Source of the DNA: Octopus sinensis
Lineage: Eukaryota
Direction of reading: 5' to 3'
DNA: 64,000 nucleotides
NCBI RefSeq assembly: GCF_006345805.1
Contig: NC_043009.1
Coordinates: 29,946,001 to 30,010,000 of the forward strand
Both the position numbers and the translations under genes were made by a program. The notes below the pieces were generated by a model. It saw only the letters and a program-made list of their open reading frames with translations, was not told the DNA's origin and made no database searches. Shown here piece after piece: positions 37,634 through 51,316 of this stretch. The number at the start of each line of letters is the position of its first letter. The stretch's first letter is position 1.

Positions 37634-39154
37634 AAGCGAAAAAAATACCTTATACCAAAATATCCGTTCACATGACGGACCTCATTCTACCTGAACCTTG
37701 TATGAACAGACTGAAATATTTGTTTTGGTATCATGCGTTCTTTCTCCTACATCCCAGCGAATTTTTCCGAACCTTATTATTTATTATTATTATTATTCAT
37801 TTTTTTTAATCTTCGGAAAAGTGTAACACCCGAAACAGTAAATTTTCTTCTCTCCCCTCCGTTAGTGTATTAAACACCATCGTACGTTTCTCTTTAAATT
37901 TTCTATTTATATGTCTACGCTTTATAGGCAACTGCTTTCTTCTGTCTGACATTGCGCGGTATTTTTGTTCATCCCTTTGACTCCAATATACTTGTATTGT
38001 TTATGGGAATTTGGCTTATTTCCAGATACACTTTATGTATATTGATAATTGATATTATCGACACTGCCACCACCTCTGTCTAATACGTTTGCGCTGTAAA
38101 TAATTATTGTACTATTTGGAATGTCCACTGCTTTACATTGACCGGCTGCTTTAAGGGTGGTGTGAAAGCATTGGATATTATGAGGCTTAGAACATTTCAA
38201 TTCCCTCAATATATGAATGTGCATGTGAGTGCTTGTGTATAAATATTTTTTTACATTATTATATAAAATTTATATATCGCCAATTTAAGCCTATAAATAT
38301 AAGCCTCTGTTTATTTCCACATATATTGCTATTCACATTATTATTCGGTAATAGTAAAGAAAATAATAGATATGGGCAAAACAATTCACTGAAAATATAC
38401 AACAGAAATTTCCTGTCCATTGTTTACGATGGCTAAAACACCGACAGAAGCGAATCAATGAATTTATGACCAGTGAGAATATTGAATAGCAATATTGACC
38501 CAAGAGTGGCTAGTTATAGCTTAAATTTCGATATCAGCACCAAGGAAAGTAGATTTAAAAGGGAAATTATGACTGTGTGTTTTAGACTAAATGACCTGAC
38601 CTCAGCAACTAATGCGGTTGCATAGGCGAGATAAAGCTATATTGCGAGATTATATAATGCTTAAACATACACAACAGCTATTGGTAAGACTCGAGAGGTT
38701 TATGGGTGAACAGCTATACATGGTTATCAAACATTATTTTGTATAGATACATAAAGAGACGGTGTCGGTTTTGTTTCTGGATATTTTTGTGTTTAAACCG
38801 ATGTGAATCATTTTAAGATGGTGAAATTCTCGTGCTGCAACAACATTTCTACTTTCACACAAACATACTTACAAACAAATATATATTCGTACATAATAAC
38901 ATGCATACATACACATACGTCCTTAGAACTACTTAAAAATGTTCATATCACTATATTGTGCCCCGATCCTTTCAAGAGATTTGCGATAAGAATCTTCTTT
39001 ACAGCTTCCTACTAATAGAAGCAAAATGCGTCCACATTAACATACATTACAAATACTTTGATAAGTAAGCAACCATAAATATCTTATATGTCCAAATTTG
39101 GCAAAAATTCGTTTTTTTTTCTTTTCAATGTTTAATTCTGTTTCCAATTGCCAG

Positions 39155-39253
39155 TTCTTTTAGTCAAACTATTGTATCTCCAGTTGCTTCAGATGCCAAG
39201 ATATGAAAATCGTAAAAGTGTAGTTCAACAGTTTAGAATTTTTCAAGTGTGTA
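39155..39253 (+). CDS. Candidate internal exon (LLVKLLYLQLLQMPRYENRKSVVQQFRIFQVC)
   Basis: Long pyrimidine tract then ccag acceptor, A|gtaagt donor, 99 nt, phase 1-1; alternative acceptors exist. Confidence 0.22.
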
Positions 39254-39592
39254 GTAAGTCCAACATACGACAGTTTTGTGAAAAATATTTCTGACTATAA
39301 ATATAACATACATACAAGGAGTTACGATTAACAAGGAGTTACAACGTATTATTATTAAGCTGGAACTGTGGCTAATGTAAAAGGAAAGGCAGTGGTGAAA
39401 CTATATTTTCGTTTTCAGAAAATGCAGCGTTTTGGACTTACGACACTTTTGCATAATAGCAATGATATACACGTGCTTACATATTTACACGCATAAATAT
39501 CATAAATATAGGAACATGCAAAGGCGCGTGCATGCACACACATATCATATAATGTGTGCACGTGCGTTTATGTGTGTAAGTATGTGAATATC

Positions 39593-40008
39593 TACTCTTT
39601 TACTCTTTTACTTGTTTCGGTCATTTGACTACGGCCACGCTGGATCACCGCCTTTTGTAGAGCAAATCGACCCCAGGACTTATTCTTTGGAAGCCTAATA
39701 CTAATTCTATCAGTCTCTTTTGCCGAACTGCTAAGTTACGGGGACGTAAACACATCAGCAACGGTTGTCAAGCGATGCTGGAGGAACAAACACAGACACA
39801 CAAACATATACACATATACATATATATACATATATACATATATACGACGGGTATCTTTCAGTTTCCGTCTACCAAATCCACTCACAAGGTTTTGGTCGGC
39901 TCATGGCTATAGCAGAAGACACTTGCTCAAGGTGCTACGCTGTGGGAATGAACCCGGAACCATGTGGTTGGTAAGCAAGCTACTTACCACACAGCCACTC
40001 CTGCGCCT
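39593..40008 (-). mobile_element. SINE family A, full length
   Basis: tRNA-like head (ggcgcaggagtggctgtgtggtaag...ccgggttcattccc), internal microsatellite, (AAAGAGT)n-type tail. Confidence 0.92.
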
Positions 40009-40344
40009 AGTTAAAACACATTTCGAAACGTGTCTTTGATTTTATGGAAATCCATATTTTCGCTATTTATTTCACTAATCTCATACGTTTGAATTTTATA
40101 CAGCCTTAATACTAATTATTTTACACGAGAAATAATATAATCGATATCACTGATAATAATAAATATTTATCCATTTAAATATTATACCAATTCTATAACG
40201 TGGGCCTTTCTTGAATTCCTTTCTTTAATATAGAGCACTAAAAGGATTCAAGCATTCTTGCAACTTCATTGCATGGCAAATTCCATGAAATTCCATTATT
40301 CATATTTCTGCCAATCCTACCTGTTGTCGCTTATTTGGTAGTGG

Positions 40345-40407
<63 letters not shown>

Positions 40408-40478
40408 GCGAGAGAGAGAGATAGACACATAGATATATGGGTAGATAGATAGACAGATAGATAGATATATATATATAT

Positions 40479-40538
<60 letters not shown>

Positions 40539-40808
40539 GCATATACGAATTTCTTTGGAGTACCGCTGATGCAGGCTTCAGGTAAATAGATATATCTAAG
40601 AGCATATGTGACAAGCAGAAATGCAACGTGTCAAATTATACAATGCAACGCATCACTATTTATTTGAATATGTGGATTGACTTCATGTTTAAGAGTGTCA
40701 TAGAAAAAGATCTTTATAGATATCAACGATATATTCCGTTTCGTCGCTGAATATGTGGTACATTTCACAACACTCCCGCTAATAGCTTTGCCTATATATA
40801 TATACATA

Positions 40809-40884
<76 letters not shown>

Positions 40885-41201
40885 GTATATATATATATAT
40901 ATATACATACGTATATATGTATATATATATGCATGTATATATATGTATATATATATATATAGATATATATATATATATATACATATATATGTGTATATAT
41001 ATGTGTGTGTGTATATATATATACATATATACACATACATTTACATTGTAACAAAAAGCATTCGTTAATATGAATTACAGCAGCTCATATACATACATAT
41101 TTAATATAAGTATATATATTTGTGTGTACTTATGTATTCCTCTGTGTGTGTGGTAATACATGTATGGATGCATTTTTCAATCAATGTATCTAGCTATTTC
41201 C

Positions 41202-41296
<95 letters not shown>

Positions 41297-41302
41297 CCTA
41301 CA

Positions 41303-41337
<35 letters not shown>

Positions 41338-41374
41338 TTACACAAACACACATGCACACACACATATATGCGCG

Positions 41375-41409
<35 letters not shown>

Positions 41410-42363
41410 ACATTCACTCACACACACGCATACACACATATCCTGTAGTAAGGCAGCTGAAACTAACCAAAATAGAGCAAATACAATAACGGTAATATAA
41501 AGTGTATGTTCTGTAAAAATAGAAAGCCAGGCCAAGTGCTGTAGAAGAACGCTGGCATAAGAAATGGCATATTCTTTGGTACATTGATAAATATATTGAA
41601 TATGACTCAGTAAATGTCTAAATCGAGAGACAATTATTAAACCATTCACCAAGATCTTCAAATATACGTGAATATTTCTGTAGCATCATTTTTTGTTATC
41701 TGTTCTGCATTTCGAACTTATACGTTCAGGGAATGAATTCATACGATGATGACAGCAAACGTTTATATGTCCTTTCCTTTGTATGCTTATAATCGTCAAT
41801 GGCAAAATGATATGCAATAATAATAATAATAATGGTATAAAAGATGGGCTGCAGCAAATATTCTGCTCAGTGTCAGTTGTTTTATCTTAACCAGTTGAGC
41901 ATGTCCTTTAGTGGCTGCCCATATGGGCAACTCGGATCACGAGCAGAAGTAATGGGGGAGCATCATAGCCGTGTGTTGAGAGGAATTCGTTGGAGTTTGG
42001 ATCATTCACTTCTGGAAACATGGATGTTTTGTCTAACATCTTTAGACATCCCTTATTCAAGAGCCTTTTGAACTTAGAACCAGGAGACAGAGTAAATACC
42101 GCTAAGCATAACGACCCAGTGTTCTAACGATTCTGCCATCTCACTGTCTTAATAATAATAGAAATGAAAATGGTTTCAAATTTTGCCACAAGGGCCGCAA
42201 TTTTGTGGGCGGGTATATATATATATGCCGGTATATGTATATGTATGTATATATATATATATATATATGTGTGTATATATGTGTGTATATATATATACTT
42301 TGATACTTTGATAGGTTTCGGCCATTATTGGCCCAGGCCATGTCTAACTTAATAGCACCACCT

Positions 42364-42418
<55 letters not shown>

Positions 42419-42990
42419 ACGTATATATATTTACTTATGTGTATACGCGAGTGTATTAACACATATGTGTGTGTCAAGCTTTGCACAGACGTCTGTATCT
42501 TACTTTACGTACGAATCTGTGCCCCTATTTATCTACGCTATGTGCGTATATTTATGCTTCAATACATGTGTGTCCCTGCGTATATGAGTTCTTATACATA
42601 TATATATGTATATATTCATCCATACGTGTGCGTATGTGCGTGTATCTAGTGGTACGTATATACCCATATACCTGGATGTGCATGTGTGAGCGTGTATGTA
42701 TATATGCGTATATATATATGTGTATGTATATATGCGTCTAAGCACGAACACAAAACACCATTTCATCTAAGTATTCTCTTCCTTTCAACTTCTTCCTTTT
42801 CTTTCTCTTAAGTGTTATAACAGAGAAAGCTCATTACGTAATTTTCTCTAAACTAGAATATATACTTTCCACGTTCATATTTCAAGTTATTTGCGTTTCA
42901 ATAATTTTTTTCTAATTTTACTCATTCTCGAATTTGATGAACATATAGCGGTACATAAACCGACTCAAGAAATCTCTAGTGAGACTTTTC

Positions 42991-43043
42991 ATTGGTGTAC
43001 CTGAAGAGACCCAAACGGGTCGAAACATGTGTTGTACACAATA
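42991..43043 (+). ncRNA. Minimal type I hammerhead ribozyme, canonical core, followed by AATAAA
   Basis: ATT-G-GTGTAC-CTGAAGA-GACCC(AAAC)GGGTC-GAA-ACA(TG)TGT-T^GTACAC-AAT. Predicted GUU cleavage at 43033/43034; AATAAA at 43040-43045. Confidence 0.8.
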
Positions 43044-43267
43044 AAGTCTATTACACATTCCATCTCTTATTTTATCAATACTATCACCCCAACCGCCACT
43101 ACAAAGTTTCTGCAATAAATCTACGGTTAACAACGGGTAATGGAAACTGTGACGGTGCTTTACTCATCATCCATTTATACAGTTTCTACAATCTCTCCAT
43201 TATATTCACATATCTGTGTGTATGTGTGTTTTTAAAAATCTGTGTGTTTATGTATATATATACATAC

Positions 43268-43313
<46 letters not shown>

Positions 43314-44774
43314 ATATGCATATATATATATATGTGTGTGTGTGATTGTGTTTGTGTGTGTGTGTGTATAGTTACATATACGTATATATATGTATACATA
43401 CAAGAACCACATATATTATATGTCTGTTGCATTCTGCAGAACGAAAGAAAAAAACACAAAAGTGCTATATCTCTACAAAGAAATAAGCCAAGATGCTCTG
43501 TGAGGTTTCATTAAAAATATAGACATTACAAAAGCTGCCAGACGTATATGCTGGAATTTGTCATTTAAAAGTGATAAATTTGGTTAATAACAGCTTTTGT
43601 AACAATGAGAAAGACAGCAATAGAATTACATCTACACATGTCTGGTAATTCTATTTATTTGATTATGTTTCTTACGTAACAACTTTTCATATCCTCTTAT
43701 ATATAATTCAGAAGGCGCAGCCCTTGTACCTGCCTAAGGCTTTTAGTCATGTAAATGTATAACTCATCGTCTTCTTTATTGTAGTTAACGTTCATAGACG
43801 TCATCATCTTAATTCTCTTCATCACTATCAGCAGATCGCTTTATACGGTTCACTCTTCAATACTGTTGGACATATATTTGTACGCAATGAAATTAAAATG
43901 TGCAAGTTATATTTTCCATGTGGCAACAGAAATAAGAAGCATAACAGATTTAGTAAAAAATGTTTGGTAAAGAAAGTAATATGTCTTTTCTTCATACATT
44001 ATGTCAGTTTCGGAAGTGACTGTCTGGTCGTGGATATTTTCCATCAGCGGAATATATCTCCTCCGTTTTCACGCTGTCTATGTATGTTTATAACAATCCA
44101 GTTTCACTGATTTTTCGAATTTTATGGTCCAAATCAATGATTCTTAGAAGATTAAAGTTTTCTTATGCGTGCCGCTGTCTGTGATGCAGATAAAAATACG
44201 TGGAGCGCAGAAAACAGCGAATTTAAATAAATAATAAATTGTTTCTTTCTCCATACATTTAATAGCATTGTGTGTGTATGTGTGTTTGTGTGTGCATGTG
44301 TATGTGTGTGTGCGTTTCTGTGTGTGTGTTTATAAGCCTTGATAATCTTAGTGGCTACTACTAACTTCAGAAAATCACAGACAGAGACGATGGTCTTGAA
44401 GCCGAGAATTTGAAGTTACGGAGACAATACTTACATATCACCTGAAGAACTACTATAGCTCATAATACAAGGAAATGGTTACATGATGATGTACCTCGAT
44501 GGCTGAGAAACTACATTCCGTAGAAGCAATTGTAGTGATTGAGAATAAATGTTCAAACGTACGTCTTCTTGTTGACTCAAAATCTGTCAATCTGTTCACA
44601 CACGACAGAAGCCCAGACGCAAACCTGGAAGTACGTATACTACTATTACTGGATAACACAGGGTGAAATTTGAAGGTGAACGAGATTTATACTGAAACTG
44701 CTACCTTAACAGGATATAGTACAACTATATATGTATATCCATATGCATCTACCTATCTATTTATTTATTTATCT

Positions 44775-44837
<63 letters not shown>

Positions 44838-44902
44838 GTCTGTCTGTCTGTCTATCTGTCTATCTATCTATCTTTCTATCTATCTATCTATCTATCTGTC
44901 TG

Positions 44903-44961
<59 letters not shown>

Positions 44962-44969
44962 ATATATAT

Positions 44970-45001
<32 letters not shown>

Positions 45002-45049
45002 AAGATAATATTAAGATAAACAAAGTTTTCTACAATGCTCTGCTATCTC

Positions 45050-45560
45050 TCTGATAGACTTGCAAGTCTATGCTTCCAAATTTCTCTTGTCCGTGACGAA
45101 ATATTACTCGTCGAGTACTGTTCTAACCTCGTGTACTGAATTCATATTTTATCCGTCCAAATGATTTTGAAGACTGCGGAAAAAATGATAATCAGATGGG
45201 GTAATATCCGGCGAATTTGGTGGATGAGGTATCGTTTCCCATTCAAACTGCACTAGCCTTTGGAATGTCATCCTCGCTGTATGTAGCCGAGAATTATTCA
45301 GATGGAAGAACACCTTTCCTCTTGAAACCAAAGAAGCTCGTTTTCCTTCTAGCGCTGACTTAAACCGCTCAAGCTACTGGTAGTGGGTCTCCTCTGCTAT
45401 CGTTGGGCTTGGGTTTAAAATTTCAAAGTGGACTAAACCTTTCATATCTCGCCAAATAGATAACAGCACATTACGTGGGTGAAGACCTTCTTGAGCCTGG
45501 AGTGCCAATGTTTCTCTTTTCCCTAACCGCTATCCTCGGCGCGTGATACTTCTATAGAAA
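45050..45560 (-). pseudogene. mariner (DD34D) transposase relic
   Basis: VFFHLNNSRLHTAR...WETIPHPPNSPDITPSDYHFFRSLQNHLDG corresponds to the HPPYSPDLAPSDYHLF motif; flanking frames are broken. Confidence 0.85.
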
Positions 45561-46995
45561 ACTCATTTTTTGGCACCAGTCACTATTCGGTCCAAAAAAG
45601 CTTAATTCGTGAGTTTTTTTTTTGTATTATCATTGAAAACTAAATATAAAAAAACTATGTAAAAGTAAATGCATGATCTACACTTGATAATTCCATATCA
45701 AATATAGGAATATAAGATTCATGTAAAAGTATGAGGGTCATTATAAAACGGAATAATTCCTCATTCTTGGGGTTAGTTTACAGAAATATTTATTCTCTGA
45801 ATGAGTCAAACGAAAAGTCAAGAAAAGGAATTATTCCATTAATTATATTCGCATTTTTGAATTCCTATCAATTTATCGATCATTCTTCCACATACATATG
45901 CCGTATGTTCGAATAAACACACACATACACACATACACACGTACGTACATTCATACAAGTTTTTCTGTGTGTCTGTGAGTCTGTGTTTGTGAGAGTATGT
46001 GTGATATATATATATATGCAAAGCAATTGATATATATATCGAGGGAGGGTGACAACGAGACACACTCACACACATACACGGAGACTGAGATAGAGAGGAA
46101 GAACGATGGAGAGAAACAAGAGACAAAAACAAGCAAGGGTGCTCTGTTAATGTGTGGATGTGCGTGAGTGCCATTATTTGAGTGTTCATCTGTTTGTAAC
46201 TTTTATTTCAAGTAATTTCTGGGTATTTCATTAAGATTCGATCATCAATCACAGACAGTGCTACCGTCTCCACTGCAATTATTACTAACAAAAACACTGA
46301 TATGAAAAGCGCCGACAACAAAAGCAAAAATTATAAAATTTAATTTATATTCTAATAAGTTTTCAATTTTTTTTTAATATTTATTTTAAAGAATCTGAAT
46401 TACTGCACTTAAATTTAATGATTTATAAAGAAAATAGTGAGATAAAATATCTTTCAAATATCTTAATTCTCTAATATTTTCTCTTATGGTTTATCTCACT
46501 CGAGTTTGTTCTGAATAAATTTATCCAACATAAATTTCATTCAATTCTGAAGAATTTAAAGTGAAACCAAATGTATGTATATATATGTGTGTGTATATAC
46601 ATAAACATATATATATATATATGAATGTATGTATGTATATATATATTCATAAATATAGATATATGTATATAGACATTTGTATCTATGAATGTTTGAATCT
46701 ATGATTACTTGTCTAAAAAGCAGATAAAAGGGAGGTTTATAAACCTGTGCTTAAGTTATTTTGGGAAAACGGTAAATGATTTTCCCTTGTTATACAAAAG
46801 CTCACGCAAGCGGAAAGGCATAGAATCTTTCCCACGACAGTTTGAATACAGTACAATATGGAAAACAGTAAAATCATATCTATATACACGATTACTTTAT
46901 AAATATATATATATGCATGTTTCTATAATTTTGCCCTTACTTTCTTCGACAATGACACACGCTCACACATGCACAAACACTCACAGACGCAGCCC

Positions 46996-47085
<90 letters not shown>

Positions 47086-47590
47086 TATATAAACACACAT
47101 TTACGATGAAGAAACGATTTTAAAAATACGTAATTCTCTTCCAACAGTGATTGAATCAAGCGCAAGTTGAATGATGTAAAAACTTGAAACAGAATATTTT
47201 TCATTTAGTACGGTTAAAAACAATTAATTAAAAGGAGAAAGTTAATAGAAAATATTTTCAGAAATATTTCATTGTTAAATAAATTTTTTCATAAAATTAT
47301 ATTATTCTTATTTTATGAAATTATAAAGTACATTTTAACATAAATTTGTTTAACAAAAATTTACGCAAATCATTATAAAGATATATATATATCATTATAA
47401 AGTTGTATATGAATAAATACATATTTATAAAAGAAAACTTTGTTTTTAAGACAAACTAAAATTTCGAAAATGCAGTGATCTTGAAAATGGCCAACACAGA
47501 TGAAGATATAGATCAATACAGCATGGCTTTTTCAATGTTGTGATTTGAAGCATCGAAAGAAATTTTAAAGTCTAGTTTTGTCATTTGCAG

Positions 47591-47799
47591 AAAATTCTCA
47601 AGAACACTTAAATCAAACATTACAGATGGAAATGAAGGGTTGGCTAGAAACGTTAAATGGATTTCCTAGAAGTGTTGATCAGGAAGTAGACAGATTGGAC
47701 TTTTGTTGGCTTCTAAGTGGATGGATTTTCATGCAACAACAAATTCACATTCTCTCCCTGACACATCAGTTTTTCATGTGTAGAAACTGTGGAAATTAG
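47591..47799 (+). CDS. Candidate exon, unknown product
   Basis: ttttgtcatttgcag acceptor, 69-codon open frame to TAG; no family recognised. Confidence 0.18.
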
Positions 47800-47949
47800 T
47801 CTAATCTTAATTAGGAAAGACGATTTTAATAAGAAATTTCAACCAAGAACGTCCAATTGAGAATCTTCTTTACGTTTAAATTACACTTTCCATGAAGGAA
47901 CTTCGATGTTTTTCTCTTTTATAGAATATTTTCCAAACTTTCATTATTG

Positions 47950-48029
<80 letters not shown>

Positions 48030-48584
48030 GTTGTTGTTGTTGTTGTTATTATTATTAGAGACTTGCTTTTAAAATGTGATTTCTAATACCTTCTGCTTGA
48101 CTTCTCTTTTGAATTTCATTAATTCAATGGTTTCTGTTTTGTTTTTAACAATTTAATCAACGCTTAATTGAGGTGGGGCACTGTACGTTGCACTAATGAA
48201 CCAAAATTAAATCTTGCATTGCAGGAATGAATGAATGATTATTGATGAAAACTAAAACTTCCCAATTTCAATTCACTCAAATATTGGTAATAGTGCATTT
48301 TCACGGGGTAATTCTTACGTATTTGGTGAATGGTCTTTTGGTGTTATACCCTAAGTCTGTTGAAGTGTAGAAACATAAAATGTAAGGAAATATATTTCAG
48401 ATGTCACTGCACTAAATTTGACCTGATTGAGCAACAACGTATTTCTTCTGATTATATTCATCGATATATATGTATATATACCTGCGCGAACGCCCATACC
48501 CACACATACACACTCATATCTCTTTCTCTTGCACTCTCCTATCTTAGAAAGATATATACGCGTATATATATATATATATATATA

Positions 48585-48639
48585 CAATTTGAAAATAGGA
48601 TAAAATCTTTATAAGAATTTATCAAGTAGTTAGCGTGAA
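48585..48639 (-). mobile_element. Short dispersed fragment of retrozyme subfamily A
   Basis: caatttgaaaataggataaaatctttataagaatttatcaagtagttagcgtgaa matches the reverse complement of about 1745-1790 joined to about 1327-1338; bounded by TA-rich repeats. Confidence 0.7.
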
Positions 48640-49119
48640 CATATATATACATGTATGTATATATTCCATTCATACACCAAAATCTTCATGTTATAATATA
48701 AGATATTTGAATTAATTTCATCATATGAGTGTTAGAAATATGTAAGAGTATAACGATGGGCAGAAAAGAAAATTCTTTGGTGAATAATATGTAAACTATG
48801 ACATTTGTGTTTCGCATATGTGCATATTTTAATGCAGCCACAGTTGTATACGCCTGTGAGAATTATACATAGAATAGTCTCATATATGTACACAAGATAA
48901 CTAAAAAACAATGACAATGTGAAAATGTGCAAGCAAACATCAATAGACCTTTTAAAGCAATAACGGTTTTGATTATCAAGTATTTTAATACAATTTTCAT
49001 GCAGTCCAGTATGTGGGTGTATGTGCGATGGAAGCAAATTTAAAGAGTAAATTTCTATAATGACAGCAGTCATATATGTTTAAAAGCAGCTATTATCTTG
49101 GATTTGTTTGTAATGCCCA

Positions 49120-49500
49120 CGCAAAACCATCTAGATCTAGCAATTAATATCATCTTTTGGCAACGTAGTGCGAAAGCATAGTGTTAGAAGAATTATGTTT
49201 TATTGAACCGCATCTGTGTCTTGGTGCAATTGAATGACGTAAATCTCTTATGTGAACGTTGCAAAATATTATTTACTCCGCTGGGGGCTCCACTTCAGGA
49301 AAGTTTGAATGTCGTAGCGGGGGATTAGCAGTGCGTTGTCGTTTATTTAGGGTCGCATGTATGTAGAGGTTACAGTGAAGATGCTAATAATCCAAACAAG
49401 AAGAATACCGAAGGATAACCGATCCTTGTGGTACACCTGAGTTGATATAGTAATGGCTGAGAAGACACATGTTGCAATAGAATTACTCGGCATGAAGATT
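49120..49500 (-). pseudogene. CR1/L2/Jockey-group LINE reverse transcriptase relic
   Basis: Minus strand gives INSGVPQGSVIL, a decayed YADD-like INDNALL, then DIQTFLKWS and FNCTKTQM. Confidence 0.6.
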
Positions 49501-49729
49501 CCAATCCATGTTAATAGAGATCAGTAGAAACAATTTAGCAAAGAACTTAAGCAGAAAATTCTTTATTACATTATTTGGTATTGTTTTAGAGTAAATTATT
49601 GCTGTTATTGTTAGTGCTGTGATTGTTTTGCTTTTTTGTGTTTTAACTATTTCTCTGTTTTCTTTTTGTGAGTTTCATATACTAGCGTTGTTTTTATATT
49701 TATGCTTCCTGCTTGTTTTCCACCTTGTT

Positions 49730-49736
49730 GTTGTTA

Positions 49737-49827
<91 letters not shown>

Positions 49828-50192
49828 ATTATTATCATCCTCATCATCATCATCATCATCATCATGATCCTCACAATCATCAACATGATCATCACAATCA
49901 TCATCATCATCACCATCATCACCATCATCATCATTACTATTATTGGTATTATTATTGTGGTTGTTGTTATTACTATCATTATTATTATTATTATCATTAT
50001 TATCATCATCATCTTCATAATCATCATCATGATCCTCACAATCATCAACATCATCATCATCATCATCACCATCATCATCATTACTATTATTGCTATTATT
50101 ATTATTGTTGTTGTTGTTATTGCTATTAATATTATTATTATTATTATCATCATCATCATTATTATTATTATAATTATTATTATTATTATTAG

Positions 50193-50234
<42 letters not shown>

Positions 50235-50240
50235 CATTAT
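49730..50240. repeat. Compound (TAT)/(CAT) microsatellite with a 165-bp internal duplication
   Basis: gatcctcacaatcatcaac at 49866 and 50031; source of the 264-aa poly-I ORF. Confidence 0.92.
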
Positions 50241-51285
50241 TATAGGTGTTGTTTTCTGTCTTGTTATCCGCCTCAGTGTTTCTTTTTATAGTTGTTGCGT
50301 GTGTTACAGTATTCGGTCATATTTTGTATTTCGTTTGCCGTTATCATGGTTGCAGTTTATGATGTCGTATTCCTTATATTTCACCGTTTATAACGTTATT
50401 GTTGTTCTTGTTTCGATTCTTTTATATCCTTGGTCACACAGAGCCAATATCATTGTGGTGTATCATTGCATTATAACAATTATATTTCATCTTTAAGCCA
50501 GAATAGCAGTAGAAACTAATTTAGTGATTGCGTTAATGTTAATTGTTTGTTAACTTCTAATGTTGTTGCAGTCACTGCATTTCCTGCTATCAACAAATTA
50601 TTCATGCCACAAGGACGGCTGTTCAGCAAACCATGAACCAACAAACAGATAATTGCTAATGAAACTAAATACCTGTCCGTTTGTCTATTAATGCATTTAT
50701 ACATTCAGCCAGCCAGCCAGCAGCTATCCAGGTATCGAATCCACTGCATAATGTCATCTAACCATATGGCCTTTCTTATAACTTACTCCCAAGCTGACCA
50801 ACATTTGTGATACCGTTAAACCTCTTATGTTTATATTCAGTCTCCAGTGAATCCCCCACATTGCAATATTATACTCAGCTAAAATATGACAGCAGAGATC
50901 AATAATACTTTTGTGCAGTGGTCCTTTGATTGATTTTGAATTTTCCCATGGTTAACAAACATAGAATATAAAAATATCTCTGGATTTCCCTTCTCAATCA
51001 TCAGCGGCTATCAACATGGAGTTACTACACAAGAAAGAGTTATTCAATTCGATTTAACCGGATACACGAATAATCCATGGACCCCAGGCGCTCGCATATA
51101 CATACAATGCCAAAACACAGCGACAAGCACATCCGTAAATATATATGCGCGCGCGCGTGTGTGTACATATATTTTTAGATATATGTAAGTATATATATTT
51201 ATACATATACATACATATATATACATATATATATATGTATATATATACGTATATATACACACATATATATATGCATGTATGTGTG

Positions 51286-51316
<31 letters not shown>

